DNA of 63,552 nt, the filler included, from Gonapodya sp. JEL0774 (lineage: Eukaryota), in NCBI GenBank assembly GCA_027604505.1. It is 18 parts of 18 records of this genome, joined end to end, with 100 filler letters (N's around TTAATTAATTAA, not from the genome) between each part and the next. Parts side by side here need not be neighbours in the genome. Positions count along the whole stretch, not along the records: positions 60,130 to 63,552 come from JADIIX010001299.1; 17 more parts are not named here. One strand, 5' to 3'. How positions within the stretch are numbered: position 1 is the first letter of the stretch; each line of letters starts with the position of its first letter. Positions 61,972 to 63,552 of this stretch are shown here, in pieces. The notes beneath the pieces were generated by a model. It had not been told where the DNA came from. It did no database searches and saw nothing but the letters and a program-made list of their open reading frames with translations. A program made the position numbers and the translations under genes.

Positions 61972-63552
61972 GGGGGTTGGGATGAAGCCGTTTTGGTTTT
62001 GGGCTGTTTCGTGGTTGTGTTTATAGTCATGCATGCATATAACTTTACTGGGTCGCAGGTGCAAGACCCTGTTAGACGTGATAAGATATTCACCATTCGT
62101 TCATTTCATGCTCGCTTATACCATTAAATATCATCAGTTCGTCTTCAACAGTCTTATCTTCGATGGGTGCGGGCTGAGGGGCGCGTTTGAACATGCACCA
62201 CAACCTGTTCCAGGTTCCACATCCAACACCTGAACTCGCGCGCATCCGCCTTCAATGGCCTTGGGTTGGGCACTTTCGAGTTTCGTCGTGTGGATATTTG
62301 GGATTTTCCTCGTCGCACCCCTCGCTTTGTGGAGAATCCAGGATGTTGTCAAACGCAGATACGGCCTGAGGTTACTTGCAGTCGGGTGAGCGCATCGAAA
62401 AGCCGTCGTTTTCAAGCGTGTAATTCTTCATCGTACCGATCCACGATTGTCGCTCGGTCTCACACTGACCAAATTTGTGTATCGATCGGGAACCGTCACT
62501 CATGTCCCGAATAAAGTCTCTTTTCCATTCGATTCGCCCGGGTGACTGATGCAATTCGAGTATCTTTAACGATAACACTCCGCCTACCGGCGCTCAAAGC
62601 GTGGGCGTGGCGACTTGTCGGTCGTTCGGTCTCTGCAGTACATGCAACCAGCAACAGGTGGATCGAATTGGAGTTTGCAGACGTGCTCGTTTCTTGGGAT
62701 CTGGATAAGACTCGAAATTTGAAACGGGATGGAGCAAACGTGGAAGACGTTGGTATCTCTAAACCACCGCGCCAACTCAACCACCACCGAATAAGCGCTC
62801 TGGCGCACCTCCTCGCACTCATCTCCCACTTCAGCTTTGGGTCCTTTGCGATCATCGTGAGAAACGCTCGATTGGATATTGCTTCCGTTATCTCCGCCTC
62901 CCAAACTGCAAGTTGGGCGTGGACTGTGACCACGGCGACGTTTGAAGTCAAGGAGCGTACTCCACTAGAATCTACATGTCATCGGAGCGAAATCTACGCA
63001 CAGCTCAGGATCAATTCTATTGTTGGTGAAACTACTCGACGGGACCGCATGGGAACATTGTTGCCCAGTCCCAATGCTGCACTCCACTTTCCCCGCGGAA
63101 TGGCGTTTGAGTTTGCAGCAACCCCATTTGCGGATAAGCCCTTTGCGGAAGATATTCGATGTACACTTGAACTTCCGTCTGCACATGGTGATTTGACAGA
63201 ACTCTCCGTATTGTATGGCCTGGTTGCACGTGCATGCATTAAGCCATCTCAGAAAGCATCTACAGCACGTCTCCCCCAGCAGTCTTTGGGAAGGCACACT
63301 GAAAGCAAATTGCAGATTGATGCGTGGACTTTGATGACGAACTTCCGTCCCAGAATAGCCATAATACTTCAAAGTGTCTGTTTTGTTGCTGGAGAGCATA
63401 ACACAGCGGTAGGGTCACCTCAAACTAGAATTCAACTTGCTGAAGCCAGAATGTCATTTGACATAGGCCCCCTGCCAGATCATGGAGGCCACATTCTGGG
63501 AAGCTGTGATGTGAGCCTGACAGGGTTCTCTGCTGGGCTCTCAATCTCAGGT

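Noticed and set aside
62000..63552. Minus-strand ORFs 62496-62951 and 62965-63399
   Set aside because: Fragmented with no recognisable motif; possibly a decayed gene, but the evidence is insufficient.

Overview
This is not one continuous locus. It is 18 short contigs (3448 down to 3423 bp, in descending length order) joined by identical 100-bp linkers (44 N + TTAATTAATTAA + 44 N), so adjacency across a linker carries no meaning. The DNA is eukaryotic, gene-dense and full of short GT-AG introns. Fungal-type genes together with IFT88 point to a zoosporic (flagellated) early-diverging fungus, chytrid- or monoblepharid-like; this is an inference. Recognisable genes, many cut by contig ends: RapGEF/Epac-type GEF, DUF4246 protein, SDR, IFT88, FMO, CAMK-group kinase, F-box-like/ankyrin pair, DNAJC3/JEM1-like co-chaperone, three 7TM receptors, a PP1-targeting protein, GH47 mannosidase, 2OG-Fe(II) oxygenase, Sec24C/D, two MYND proteins, bystin, USP, type-B carboxylesterase, Nup160, subtilisin and an Hv1 proton channel. 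The most interesting element is a candidate innate-immunity/cell-death kinase family. One gene (53600-56504) fuses an MLKL-like four-helix bundle, a catalytically intact TKL kinase and ribonuclease-inhibitor-type LRRs. A paralogue (36079-37021) keeps the bundle but has an internally deleted kinase. A TKL-kinase/Sel1-repeat gene (56605-57955) has a similar kinase-plus-repeat layout. All family calls come from manual translation and motif recognition, with no database search. Regions 17720-19700, 41400-42387, 47300-49446, 58000-60029 and 62000-63552 could not be assigned.
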